In this document: piece by piece, positions 29,222 through 38,426 of the stretch | Layout: each line of letters opens with the position of its first letter | How positions within the stretch are numbered: the stretch's first letter is position 1 | Source: a virus | Strand: one strand, 5' to 3' | Length of the DNA stretch: 64,000 nucleotides | Virus record (IMG/VR): IMGVR_UViG_3300013947_000002 | Span: 1-64,000 of that record | The notes under the pieces: model-generated | Database searches by the model: none | Told to the model about the DNA's origin: nothing | The model's input: only the letters and a program-made list of their open reading frames with translations | Program-made: the position numbers and the translations under genes

Positions 29222-30799
29222 CTAATCCTCTAATGTTTCACGACTTGCTTCACCGCTGTCGGTAAGCGATGTCGAACTAGCCCTCGGACGGCCACCTTCA
29301 TTGCTTTGACTTGTCGTGTATGTGTTCATAAGCATCTGGCTATACTTGTCAATCCAACCAGTATATTTACTCTCAGCAAGCATCCTATCAAATATAACAG
29401 GATTCATGCCAACAGCGCTAGCCCATGCGGACGAGTTAAGCACAAGCCCCTTATCGGCCATCTTTATCAACTTGTCAAATCGCGCCTCACGCTCGAATGG
29501 GTAGTTGGAACCAGTGAACTCAAACTTAAACTTATACTTGCTAGTCATTTGATTGATATAGAAGTCAAGAAAATTATTGAACTGAGCGTACATTGGCTTC
29601 ATGGTCTGATAGACCTCATTGAGTGCCGCCTCTAATTCAGCATTACTCATCTTATCAGATGAATAGATGACACGGCTAATGCCCGTACCAATACCGGCGG
29701 TGGTGGTTAACTCATTGGTATAGCTGTCTGGGTTCTTGTCCTCGAATTGGAAAAATTTGATGTTCTTTAATGGCACGGCGGCCAGCTTAATCGTATTCTG
29801 CAAGCCCTGTTTACACTTCTGCATAAACGCTCCAAGCGTCTTCGGGTCGATTGCAAATTGGTTGGCTTTTTGGCCTGAGCGAGCTTGGTCAAACAACTCA
29901 ATTTCACCAGCTAGAATACCAGCCGCAGAAATAAGGTCTTTATTATATTGAAGTTCACCAATTTCGTCGCTACGTAGAACATTGGCTACGTATGGGGATA
30001 GAAACGGATTGTTAGCAAAATTATCTGTACTCCATTTGAAACACCACGCGCCATCATTTGGTGATGTGTCCATCCACATAGCATATGTGCCATCTCGTTT
30101 ATCTAGTGGAGCTGACGGGACATACGGCTTTTCGCCGTGGGATGTATCTAGATATTTTTTAACAAGAGTCGGATCCCATAAGCCCAGATCGACACCAACC
30201 TGATTAAAGTAGAGAATGTTGAATGACCAAATCATGCCCTTTTCAAAGTACCCTGTCAGCATACAATAATCCTGAGGCATAATCTGTAGAACATATTTCA
30301 TCTTGCCGCGATTGCCACTCTTGGTCTTTCTGAACCAAGTGAAATACGAGTCGCGCTTGAGAACATTAAGCAAGACATTGTAAAATTCTTTCTTGTAATC
30401 GAAATTGGTCAAGAAATTATCTACTGTCTGTCTATCCTTCTTATATTCATCTGACTCATAGTCCGCCTTTGTATATGCATTTTTACACGTTATCTGAAGG
30501 TCGAAAGATAGCGCGTTTGCATAAGAATACAATGTGCGCTTGAAAATCATGTCAAACGCCGATGCAAATTCTACAAACCCCTGTAAATCAGCGCCGCTAT
30601 TCTTATAATCATTAAGCGCCTTTTTGACCGCCTCTGCATTGGGCAGGCGCGGATTATTATTTAGATTGGTCAAGAGCTGATTGCTCAGGAATGGTGAATA
30701 GAAATTATCAACCGCCATAAGACCGGCACTAAAATCAATAATATCCTGAAGGTCACTCTTTGACAGCTTTACATCTTCATTATTTTTTGGCATCTTCAA
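29222..30799 (-). CDS. portal protein
   Basis: 525 aa, lying immediately downstream of the large terminase and upstream of the scaffold. The call rests on position and size. Confidence 0.6.
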   Translation of the reverse strand: MKMPKNNEDVKLSKSDLQDIIDFSAGLMAVDNFYSPFLSNQLLTNLNNNPRLPNAEAVKKALNDYKNSGADLQGFVEFASAFDMIFKRTLYSYANALSFDLQITCKNAYTKADYESDEYKKDRQTVDNFLTNFDYKKEFYNVLLNVLKRDSYFTWFRKTKSGNRGKMKYVLQIMPQDYCMLTGYFEKGMIWSFNILYFNQVGVDLGLWDPTLVKKYLDTSHGEKPYVPSAPLDKRDGTYAMWMDTSPNDGAWCFKWSTDNFANNPFLSPYVANVLRSDEIGELQYNKDLISAAGILAGEIELFDQARSGQKANQFAIDPKTLGAFMQKCKQGLQNTIKLAAVPLKNIKFFQFEDKNPDSYTNELTTTAGIGTGISRVIYSSDKMSNAELEAALNEVYQTMKPMYAQFNNFLDFYINQMTSKYKFKFEFTGSNYPFEREARFDKLIKMADKGLVLNSSAWASAVGMNPVIFDRMLAESKYTGWIDKYSQMLMNTYTTSQSNEGGRPRASSTSLTDSGEASRETLED

Positions 30800-30938
30800 C
30801 CTCCTTTCTTTGTTTTATATTTTTGAGTGTTTTTATTTTCGGCTTTTGATTAAGTCTAGTTGGAACTTGGATTTCACTAAACCCTAATAGCGCCTCCACA
30901 ACAACATACCAACATAGCCGTTGCTTCATAGGTAAATA

Positions 30939-32780
30939 TCACCAAACTAACTGCACGGAATCGATGTCAAACTCGTCCTCTTGCATCTGTTGTTGCCATG
31001 CGTTTTCAATTAAATCAATAACATAATTGCCGTACATAATGGTCACAATTCTATCCTTTGTACCATTGCGCGGCTCCTCTAGTTTAATCTTATCTTGCTT
31101 GATTACCGTCTTGAGGTTAACCGCCTCAATGACTGTCATATCGGTCTGACCATATGGCTCTAGCACATTAGCTAATTCCTCTGCGGTATATTTGTAATAT
31201 TCACCGCTATCAGTTAGCTCGTTCTGATAATCCTGCATAGAGATGAGGAATTTTATGTTGTTGGTTTCAAGCTGTTTGCGCAAAGATAACCAGCCCTGAC
31301 TATTTATTTCGGGAGTGGCTATAACTGGGATTAAGCATGGTATGGCGTTTTTATCAACAACACGGCTATGATAGTCGGCCAGTTTTGCATCTGACACAAC
31401 ATGATATTTGTCTGCGGGACTAAATCCGCAACTGTTCCATCTTGCGCCAAGGTTAGGCATTGACAATGGTTCTGTTAAGTGATTATAGAGAACTTCTCCA
31501 CCACTTCTTCCATCGAACACGGCATAGTCTGCATTATACACCCATTTGAGGTATCTAAATCTATCAGACGCGCCTATCGTATCAGATGCGTCATGCCCTT
31601 CAATATAATCAACATGGCGCTCAAACCGATTCTTCTTATTACTCCAATGAGCCGACATCAAAGCAATGATGGTATTGTCGTTCTTGGTACAACCAGTAGT
31701 GTTCGCGAAGGCCACATCCATCAATACAAGTCGCACTTCGTCGTCTTTCTTTGCTGGAAAATCAGGTTGTTCGCCAGAGAAGAATTGTAGTGCTGTAGGT
31801 GGACGGAAACATGGATTAAGGACTTGAGATTCTTTAAATTGCTGAATGGTAAAAAATGCATCTTCGTTCTCACCTATTGCCTCATTCAGCATCTCCATTC
31901 TAAAATCTTGGTCGTTCATAGTGCGCTTCTTCTGACGATAATCACCCCATGTTTTTAGACCATTCTCGATATTGTCAAAAAAGTCAGACGCAAACACATT
32001 GTATCTTGACTTTTTATCCATATAATATCCTGTTACACAATCCTTCCAAGTTCGATACCACCACTGATACTTATACTTAGAAGATGTCAGATATATACTC
32101 TTTGGTTCTTCAAGCCATCTTTTATTATTTGCGTATTTTGGATTATTCAAATAAAGAGGTTGCCTTGGAAATGCCATGCCTTCAAAAATCTGGTCAATAG
32201 CAGACTTTTTCATAACTGCCGCTTCGTCATAAATTGTAAAATTAGAACGACTGCGACGGCTAGACTCGACAGGCGCTAATACGCGCAGGACAGAATTATT
32301 AAGAGTGTTCTCTATTCTATAACCATCGCCCGGCTTGGTTATAACCAACCATTGTTTTTCGTAGCAATACCTGAGATAAGGAGAGAGTTTGTTAATCAAT
32401 TCCCTTTGAATCTTGTCCTCAACAATAGCATTGGCCTGATCTACGGTGGATGCCGTGACAACAATCCAACAATTCGGATAAAGCATAAGCTTACACATTG
32501 CAGCACAAGCCGTAACAAACGTTTTGGCACCGCCGCGCCCAGCTCTCCAAAAGAAGGTATCACTAACACCGATTTCATGTATAGCATCGCGCTGATACGG
32601 CTTTAACGATATACCAAGATGAAACTCTGTATAAATATCCCAGTTGTAACGGTACAAGGAGTCCCAATCTATAACCCTTTCTTCTATCTCTGCATCGAGA
32701 TTCTCATTACCAGATACTGTGCCACGCAATTTGTCAGCCATATACGCCCTACGAATGCCACCCATCTGAGAGCGCCCCAT
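30939..32780 (-). CDS. terL: terminase large subunit
   Basis: Walker A-like 'GRGGAKT' and Walker B-like 'TIYDEAA'. 613 aa. Lies upstream of the portal gene. Confidence 0.8.
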   Translation of the reverse strand: MGRSQMGGIRRAYMADKLRGTVSGNENLDAEIEERVIDWDSLYRYNWDIYTEFHLGISLKPYQRDAIHEIGVSDTFFWRAGRGGAKTFVTACAAMCKLMLYPNCWIVVTASTVDQANAIVEDKIQRELINKLSPYLRYCYEKQWLVITKPGDGYRIENTLNNSVLRVLAPVESSRRSRSNFTIYDEAAVMKKSAIDQIFEGMAFPRQPLYLNNPKYANNKRWLEEPKSIYLTSSKYKYQWWYRTWKDCVTGYYMDKKSRYNVFASDFFDNIENGLKTWGDYRQKKRTMNDQDFRMEMLNEAIGENEDAFFTIQQFKESQVLNPCFRPPTALQFFSGEQPDFPAKKDDEVRLVLMDVAFANTTGCTKNDNTIIALMSAHWSNKKNRFERHVDYIEGHDASDTIGASDRFRYLKWVYNADYAVFDGRSGGEVLYNHLTEPLSMPNLGARWNSCGFSPADKYHVVSDAKLADYHSRVVDKNAIPCLIPVIATPEINSQGWLSLRKQLETNNIKFLISMQDYQNELTDSGEYYKYTAEELANVLEPYGQTDMTVIEAVNLKTVIKQDKIKLEEPRNGTKDRIVTIMYGNYVIDLIENAWQQQMQEDEFDIDSVQLVW

Positions 32781-33604
32781 TATGCTTCCTCCTTGCTAAC
32801 GTCTGGATATTCGCGAGTACAACAAATTGCATTGCGCAAGCTGCGCATCATCATTGCCTTTTCTTTCTCATAACCAACCTTATCGAGAAATTCTTGTAAT
32901 TCCTCACATTCAGCCGGTCTAGTTGATTCTATAATGGCAACTCTCTTCTCAAATGCCCTTTCAGCGTCCGACTTTTGATTACTCTTAAAGTCATCAAGTT
33001 TAAGCAAAGACATAAGTGTCTTAATCTGCGCCTGAGTGTCTTTAGTTACGCCATTTTTATACTGTTCCAATTCCAACTTGCACAAATCACGATAGCGCAT
33101 CTCCATAGCGGTGCCCATCTCAAATACGCCAGACGTATAGCTATCAAACATATCGTCTAGCCATTGACAGTCCTCGTCCTCATAATCGCCACCCCACTGT
33201 TTGCGCCATCTTGCTTTAAGCGCCACCTCATCAGTTTCGCCCTTAGCAACATCGCCCAAATCCTTGAAATTAGACAGCTCCATATCACTATCCCATACAC
33301 CCGTTAATTTATCGGGCGATGTAGACAAGTAGGTATGATACAACATAAATAGACTAGGTTTTTTGCCCTTAGCCGCCTTATCTAGTGTCTCTAAGCATGA
33401 ATTATATTCTGCCCGCCGCATAGGAATGCCAGTCATCATACAGGTTGACCATAACGCCGCGCCTTGGTCTTTGGTCGCATCGAGCGCCTGTTTATATAGC
33501 TCAGTCACGCATGATTTACACGGCTTAATATATTCGCCCGTCTTGATTGGGCTTTTGTAAAATTGGCTATCTTGCTTTTCTTTGCCACAATACGGGCAAA
33601 ACAT
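32780..33604 (-). CDS. putative terminase small subunit (N-terminal zinc ribbon)
   Basis: Likely start at ATG 33602-33604 (MFCPYCGKEK.., GAAAGGAATGAG RBS). Shares 1 nt with the terL start. The call is positional. Confidence 0.5.
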   Translation of the reverse strand: MFCPYCGKEKQDSQFYKSPIKTGEYIKPCKSCVTELYKQALDATKDQGAALWSTCMMTGIPMRRAEYNSCLETLDKAAKGKKPSLFMLYHTYLSTSPDKLTGVWDSDMELSNFKDLGDVAKGETDEVALKARWRKQWGGDYEDEDCQWLDDMFDSYTSGVFEMGTAMEMRYRDLCKLELEQYKNGVTKDTQAQIKTLMSLLKLDDFKSNQKSDAERAFEKRVAIIESTRPAECEELQEFLDKVGYEKEKAMMMRSLRNAICCTREYPDVSKEEA

Positions 33605-33639
33605 ATTCTCATTCCTTTCAATTTCCAAATATAACAAAA

Positions 33640-34441
33640 CGGCCAGCCCACACAGAGCCAGCCGTTCGTTTATTTCATTTATTCAGTTGTCAAGGTTCAT
33701 ACTGTGATACCCTATCGCTAGGGGCATACGGCGTTTCGCCTTTAGTTGAACAACAGTTCCCATTGAGTTGGGCTTATTGTAGATATGAGGCCGTAGCCTC
33801 CGTCACCTCCTTTCGTCAATTATGCTTCGGATAAACCAGTGGATAATTCAAGAGAAAGTGACCTCCCTTCGGATATTCATAGCCGCCAATGAGTAGTAGC
33901 GACAGGCAGTTTCAGTATGTGCCTAGATACAAGCATTTCGTCAAAGCTCTTACTTGTCAAGCGCCATCAAGCATCTAGCGCTACTCACTGTTATGTTTTA
34001 ATCACGGCTAAGACTCGCTTGGTGTTACCGCCAATTTGGTCTTATTTAATCCCTCATCCCATGCACACGGGAACCGCAGTGCGCCTCATCTTATTTCACC
34101 CACGCATGGCGCTATGTTGGGAAATATGGTGCAATGGGTCTTAGATGTCTGCTCATCTCGCCTTTGCCTACTTATAGCAGAATCACCTGATATTTCTTTG
34201 CCGCATATCAGAAGCGTTTTTGAATATACGGTTTTCATCGTTGCCTTATGGTATACCGCAAACCTTCGATAAGCGTCCACATATCACTCATAGGCAACCG
34301 AGCCATATGCTTCATACGTTCGTATAACACACCTGTTGCTATACGCCTATCATCAAGGATAGGATTTTCGATACTATATTGACGTAGCCCGCCACAGCCA
34401 ACGTCATGCTCGTATTAGGCTCCACTGAATTGTGGATTCAC
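33640..34441 (-). ncRNA. candidate ~0.8-kb structured ncRNA or long leader of the packaging/late operon
   Basis: No credible ORF on either strand. A consensus promoter lies at its 5' end. Contains tetraloop hairpins (33787-33800 GAGGC-UACG-GCCUC; 33710-33723 CCCUA-GCGA-UAGGG). G+C is well above that of other spacers. Confidence 0.5.
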
Positions 34442-34447
34442 GGCTCG

Positions 34448-34476
34448 ATTATATTCAACCCTACTAGATGCGTCAA
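34448..34476 (-). promoter_or_regulatory. sigma-70 consensus-like promoter
   Basis: The minus strand reads TTGACG-17 nt-TATAAT. Confidence 0.7.
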
Positions 34477-34529
34477 TCGCCCCGCAAGCATGATTGACCA
34501 GCCGTAGCTATCACCTAGTAGAGAATGAA

Positions 34530-35714
34530 TCAAAGATAAAATGTTTTACGCCACTCTGCACCATCTTCTGAATATGTAGTAAACATACAGGACGGTCTTG
34601 ACGCTTTACGAATTTTCTTGGCAAATCCATCAACGCCACATACAGAACCAACTCGCCAGCACAGCTTATCGCCTAGCTCGGTAATACCAGCGTTCTTCAT
34701 TTCTTGCCGATGCAGATGCCCAACATAGCACTCGTCAACGTCGATATTATATAAGTTCTCAAAATATCGCATTGTCTCGGCTACGTCGCCGCCATCACCA
34801 TGATGAAGCATAATTGCATTATTTTTAATATACTTAATGGCACAATCTGTATAATCATCAACCGTAATGCCGTCTATTGACTTTAGTCGCTCTTGTAGAT
34901 ACCATACAATGATTTTACCTAGATTTTCTTCCTCAAACTGTGGTTTAGATGTAAGAATGCGGCAGGTATCATGATTACCCCCGACCATTACAACGTTGAC
35001 AGGGATTTCAAGCCGGTCATGCAATTCAACAAACCAATCAGCTAGATATTCAGACAACTTGATAACTGTATCAATAACCGGCTCTCTCAGCTTAGTCAGG
35101 CTGGACGTGCGTAGAATATTCTCTACACAATCACCAAGCACAGCAACCGTAATATCATCAAGCCAAATGCAGTTATCATCATTGCACATCTTGTTAAGCA
35201 ACCCATCAAGCCGCGCCCTCATAATGTTGAAATCGTATTTATTCACAATTTCATTATATGCGCCCTTAATCTCGTAAGTTGAACCAGCATGAAGGTCTGA
35301 AATACAAAGAAGTCCACTCATATTTGTTTGAGGCAATTTATTAAACTCACGAATAGTAAAAGGCTCAAGACATCTAATCGACTCTGCAATCCTCTCCTGA
35401 ATCATGTCAGCTCTTGCGTCTAACCGCTGATTCTGGACATGCTGAATGTTCTCGCTCTGTAATTTCTTGCGCTCTTTCTCCAACTCAGTCTTCGCTTCTC
35501 TGAGTTGGTCTAAAATCTCCGCATCTTTCTCATCTGTCTCGACATCATCTGCACCATTCAGCATATTGCGGACAAACACGGCGCATCTTCGCAGATATTC
35601 GCTTGACCAGACATCCCTATAATCTTCACCAAGACAACGAGCCGTCCATTCTTGCAAGTCAATCAACTTGCTATCTAGTAGCTCAGTCGCTTGTCGTATC
35701 TTCGTTAGATTCAT
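34530..35714 (-). CDS. calcineurin-like metallophosphoesterase
   Basis: Motifs 'ISDLHAGS', 'GDCVEN', 'GGNHD' and 'GHLH'. The N-terminus is a coiled coil. Confidence 0.75.
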   Translation of the reverse strand: MNLTKIRQATELLDSKLIDLQEWTARCLGEDYRDVWSSEYLRRCAVFVRNMLNGADDVETDEKDAEILDQLREAKTELEKERKKLQSENIQHVQNQRLDARADMIQERIAESIRCLEPFTIREFNKLPQTNMSGLLCISDLHAGSTYEIKGAYNEIVNKYDFNIMRARLDGLLNKMCNDDNCIWLDDITVAVLGDCVENILRTSSLTKLREPVIDTVIKLSEYLADWFVELHDRLEIPVNVVMVGGNHDTCRILTSKPQFEEENLGKIIVWYLQERLKSIDGITVDDYTDCAIKYIKNNAIMLHHGDGGDVAETMRYFENLYNIDVDECYVGHLHRQEMKNAGITELGDKLCWRVGSVCGVDGFAKKIRKASRPSCMFTTYSEDGAEWRKTFYL

Positions 35715-36246
35715 TCAATTTCCGTTCCTTTTCCTTCTGTTTCCGTTCATATTCCTCTTTTTTCTTATTGATGACATTGATAAAATCATCATAGTTCTGT
35801 TGCTTTGCCTTTTCCATGCGCTCTTGTGCTCTTTGCTCAAGCGTTTTTCTTGCTGTTCGTTCTGCCTCGGCCTGAGTCAGCAACTTTAGGTCATTTGGAG
35901 TCAACTTGCGCTCACGGACGCGCTTACGGTATTTCTTTGTAACACCGCGCCCATTGACATTGTTAAGAAAATCTTCGTTGACTTTGTATAATATTTTAAA
36001 CCAAGCCGGATTGATTTGCTCAATAAGCTCCCCTTGTTCATTTTTAGCCATCACCCTACGTTCAGGTAATTCCTCCAATGAGAATGTTCCTACTGCTGGC
36101 ATTTGACACCTGCCATCAAAATGAAGAATGTGTATAATAGTATCAACAAATCCCATCCAGTATTTCTTGGCAGTCTGGGGCGATACATTGAGCAATCCAC
36201 CTGCATAAGTATAAAATTCTTGATTCAGCTTGTTATGTTCGGCCAT
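35683..36246 (-). CDS. divergent HU/IHF-like DNA-binding protein with basic C-terminal tail
   Basis: Likely start at MAEHNK (AAGGAAG RBS), overlapping the upstream gene. The HU-like core is weak ('VGTFSLEELPERRVMAKNEQGELIEQINP'). Confidence 0.45.
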   Translation of the reverse strand: MAEHNKLNQEFYTYAGGLLNVSPQTAKKYWMGFVDTIIHILHFDGRCQMPAVGTFSLEELPERRVMAKNEQGELIEQINPAWFKILYKVNEDFLNNVNGRGVTKKYRKRVRERKLTPNDLKLLTQAEAERTARKTLEQRAQERMEKAKQQNYDDFINVINKKKEEYERKQKEKERKLNESNEDTTSD

Positions 36247-36658
36247 CTTCTTCTTCCTTAGCAAACTTAGGATTGTCAGGATAATTCTCTAGTACCCAAG
36301 CGTCCCATTCTTCCTTGGCCGGGCCTTTACCGTACAATGTGCCAGCCTTAACATAACTTGCCATATGTTTCTCGGCCTTGAACTCTAGCCGATAGTAGCC
36401 CTTCCTATCAGGGTAATACATACGCCGCTTCTGAAAGCCGTTCCAATATTCACCCGCTGGCTTGGGCGGATGGTCGCGGAACGTAATCACGCCAATGTCA
36501 GGCAATGAATACTCGACACCGTGCTGTAGCGTCTCGCGGATGATGTCGTGATATGCCGTTAGCACAATTTCAATAATTTTTGTGTCAACGCCTGTGCGCC
36601 GAATCAGCTCTTTTTTCATATCGGCCTTGCCAAGCCGTGGATATTTATTCTTGTGCAA
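36233..36658 (-). CDS. divergent HU/IHF-like DNA-binding protein
   Basis: 'MKKELIRRTGVDTKIIEIVLTAYHDIIRETLQHGVEYSLPDIGVITF' follows the HU N-terminal pattern. Confidence 0.5.
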   Translation of the reverse strand: MHKNKYPRLGKADMKKELIRRTGVDTKIIEIVLTAYHDIIRETLQHGVEYSLPDIGVITFRDHPPKPAGEYWNGFQKRRMYYPDRKGYYRLEFKAEKHMASYVKAGTLYGKGPAKEEWDAWVLENYPDNPKFAKEEEDGRT

Positions 36659-36734
36659 TTATATTGCTCCTTCCCTATTACTTTACCACTATATATTGTG
36701 GCTGACTCATTTTATCCATATATTTCCTACGATT

Positions 36735-37415
36735 TTAACATATCCCCCGTTCGGACAGGCGGGCTTCACGTGATGCAATGCGGCGCTGATTATCCGCTTT
36801 TTTGCCACACTCCTCAGAGCAATAATGCTGGCATACATCACGTGGTTTGAACCGCTTGCCGCAAATTGGGCAAATTGGATTAAGTGTGGCTGCATTGACT
36901 TTCAGATTCTCTACAATCTGCTTGCCAAAACAAGCCCACAACATTTTTTTATTGCTTGCTTTCTTAACCGTATATAGATACGCCACCAAGCTATTAACCA
37001 CAACATCCAGTGGCTCTTTGCTGTAATCCACAATATCTTGTGCTATGCACCGATACTTGTACAAATCGTCCTCATTGATATGCGGGTCATCGCCATAATC
37101 AAATCGGCGCTGATTCTTAATCCAGTAATTATACCGCTCAATGATTGGCGATTCTTCTCGCGTCGTATAATCAACTTGTTTGTTAATCAGCATTATCCAA
37201 TCAAACTTCCCAATTTTGTTATTATAGTGGATTCGGGAAGTAGGAATTTTGGCCGATATACGATTCATCGTGGAATTGTTGGGAGGCTCTACTTGGGTAT
37301 CCGGGTCTTTGTCTTTGGCGTATTGGAAGAAATTTGGCAATTTGGATTTAGTATATTTTTTTATAATATCTGAAATTTCTTTTGGCGGTTCCGATTTCCA
37401 CAATGTCTTTGCGAA
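36735..37415 (-). CDS. YonO-like single-subunit RNA polymerase, exon 2
   Basis: The track ORF starts at a TTG with no RBS. The frame is open 4 more codons upstream (FAKT). The C-terminus has a Cys4 zinc ribbon (CPICGKRF..CQHYCSEEC). Confidence 0.6.
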   Translation of the reverse strand, partial: FAKTLWKSEPPKEISDIIKKYTKSKLPNFFQYAKDKDPDTQVEPPNNSTMNRISAKIPTSRIHYNNKIGKFDWIMLINKQVDYTTREESPIIERYNYWIKNQRRFDYGDDPHINEDDLYKYRCIAQDIVDYSKEPLDVVVNSLVAYLYTVKKASNKKMLWACFGKQIVENLKVNAATLNPICPICGKRFKPRDVCQHYCSEECGKKADNQRRIASREARLSERGIC

Positions 37416-38426
37416 CCTTTAATACCGTCTCTTTCGAGATACTTTAACACCACTCTAAGCGGTCGGAGTAGACTATCTCTTCATCTCAATGAGATGGATG
37501 GCACTTCGCAAGTAGGAATTTCACCTACAAGCTACACTGAAAACAGTTAGTCGTTACAGCTTCAAATGTTTGATATTTTAATTTTCTTGATAACCAAATA
37601 TCCAATCCTTATGGGTTTTATTTCGTCCGTGTAACACTCTGTCAATACAGGAATAACTTAAATTGCGGTCTTTTGCAAAATTTCTAATATTCACAAATTC
37701 TACATATTCGCCAGTTTTTAAGTTTCTTCCCCAACACGCCTTTTCGTGCGCCCTAGATGAATTGTCATGCAGGGTGAGCCATCTACAATTTTCTGGACAA
37801 TAATCACCATGTGGATTTATTCTGTCGATAGTCAAATCTTCTTGATAACCATTGGATAACGCCCAATCTCTGAATGTTTCATAAGAATTTAACCACTCGT
37901 CACAAACCGTAATACCCTTTGCTCCATAATCCGCATAGCTACGAACGTTAGGATTATAGCAACGCGACTTCATATTTGACCACGTCCTATAAAGTTTGCT
38001 TCGATTGCCAACTATCGCACCACCAGACTCTCCATGACGAGTTTTGTTCTGATGAACTCTCTCAAGTCTTAAACATCCACAAGAACGAATTGGTTTATAC
38101 TGCTGGACTAATTTGTATTTAACAACCTCGACAATGTTGCCGCAATCACACTTGCATACTACAAGTAATTTACCTTCTTTATTTCTTTTGTCTGGTAATT
38201 CAACAACCGTCAATTTTTCAAATTTATCGCCTATCTTAATTTCATTTGATCTCACACCTAAACCTCCTTTCTTTTATGATAACATCAAACATTCGCTTGC
38301 CACGGTATTGCCATGCGCTCATGCGTTTAGGGTTTTACCGTTAGCACGGCATATGCCGCACACCCTACATTTGTAGGTTCACCATCATTCACATCATATG
38401 TCACCATATGAGTGGACTATCGTTTA
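37416..38426 (-). mobile_element. group I intron (HNH endonuclease-bearing) in the RNA polymerase gene
   Basis: 1011 nt. The exon 1 nucleotide before it is U and the last intron nucleotide is G. Splicing in phase 0 joins ..KNNQVID|FAKTLWK... The 5' part has hairpins and a 'CCGUGCUAAC' block like phage IA2 introns. Confidence 0.65.
37578..38255 (-). CDS. HNH homing endonuclease
   Basis: 'LYRTWSNMKSRCYNPNVRSYADYGAKGITVCDEW..F..W' and 'IDRINPHGDYCPENCRW', plus a C-terminal HTH-like 'NIRNFAKDRNLSYSCIDRVLHGR'. GTG start with an AGGAGG RBS. Confidence 0.8.
   Translation of the reverse strand: MRSNEIKIGDKFEKLTVVELPDKRNKEGKLLVVCKCDCGNIVEVVKYKLVQQYKPIRSCGCLRLERVHQNKTRHGESGGAIVGNRSKLYRTWSNMKSRCYNPNVRSYADYGAKGITVCDEWLNSYETFRDWALSNGYQEDLTIDRINPHGDYCPENCRWLTLHDNSSRAHEKACWGRNLKTGEYVEFVNIRNFAKDRNLSYSCIDRVLHGRNKTHKDWIFGYQEN

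Noticed and set aside
33640-34441. ORF-less group II intron as an explanation for the 0.8-kb non-coding region
   Set aside because: There is no GUGYG-like 5' end and no recognisable domain V (AGC-triad hairpin with a GNRA loop). There are no flanking exon halves, because the neighbouring genes are complete.
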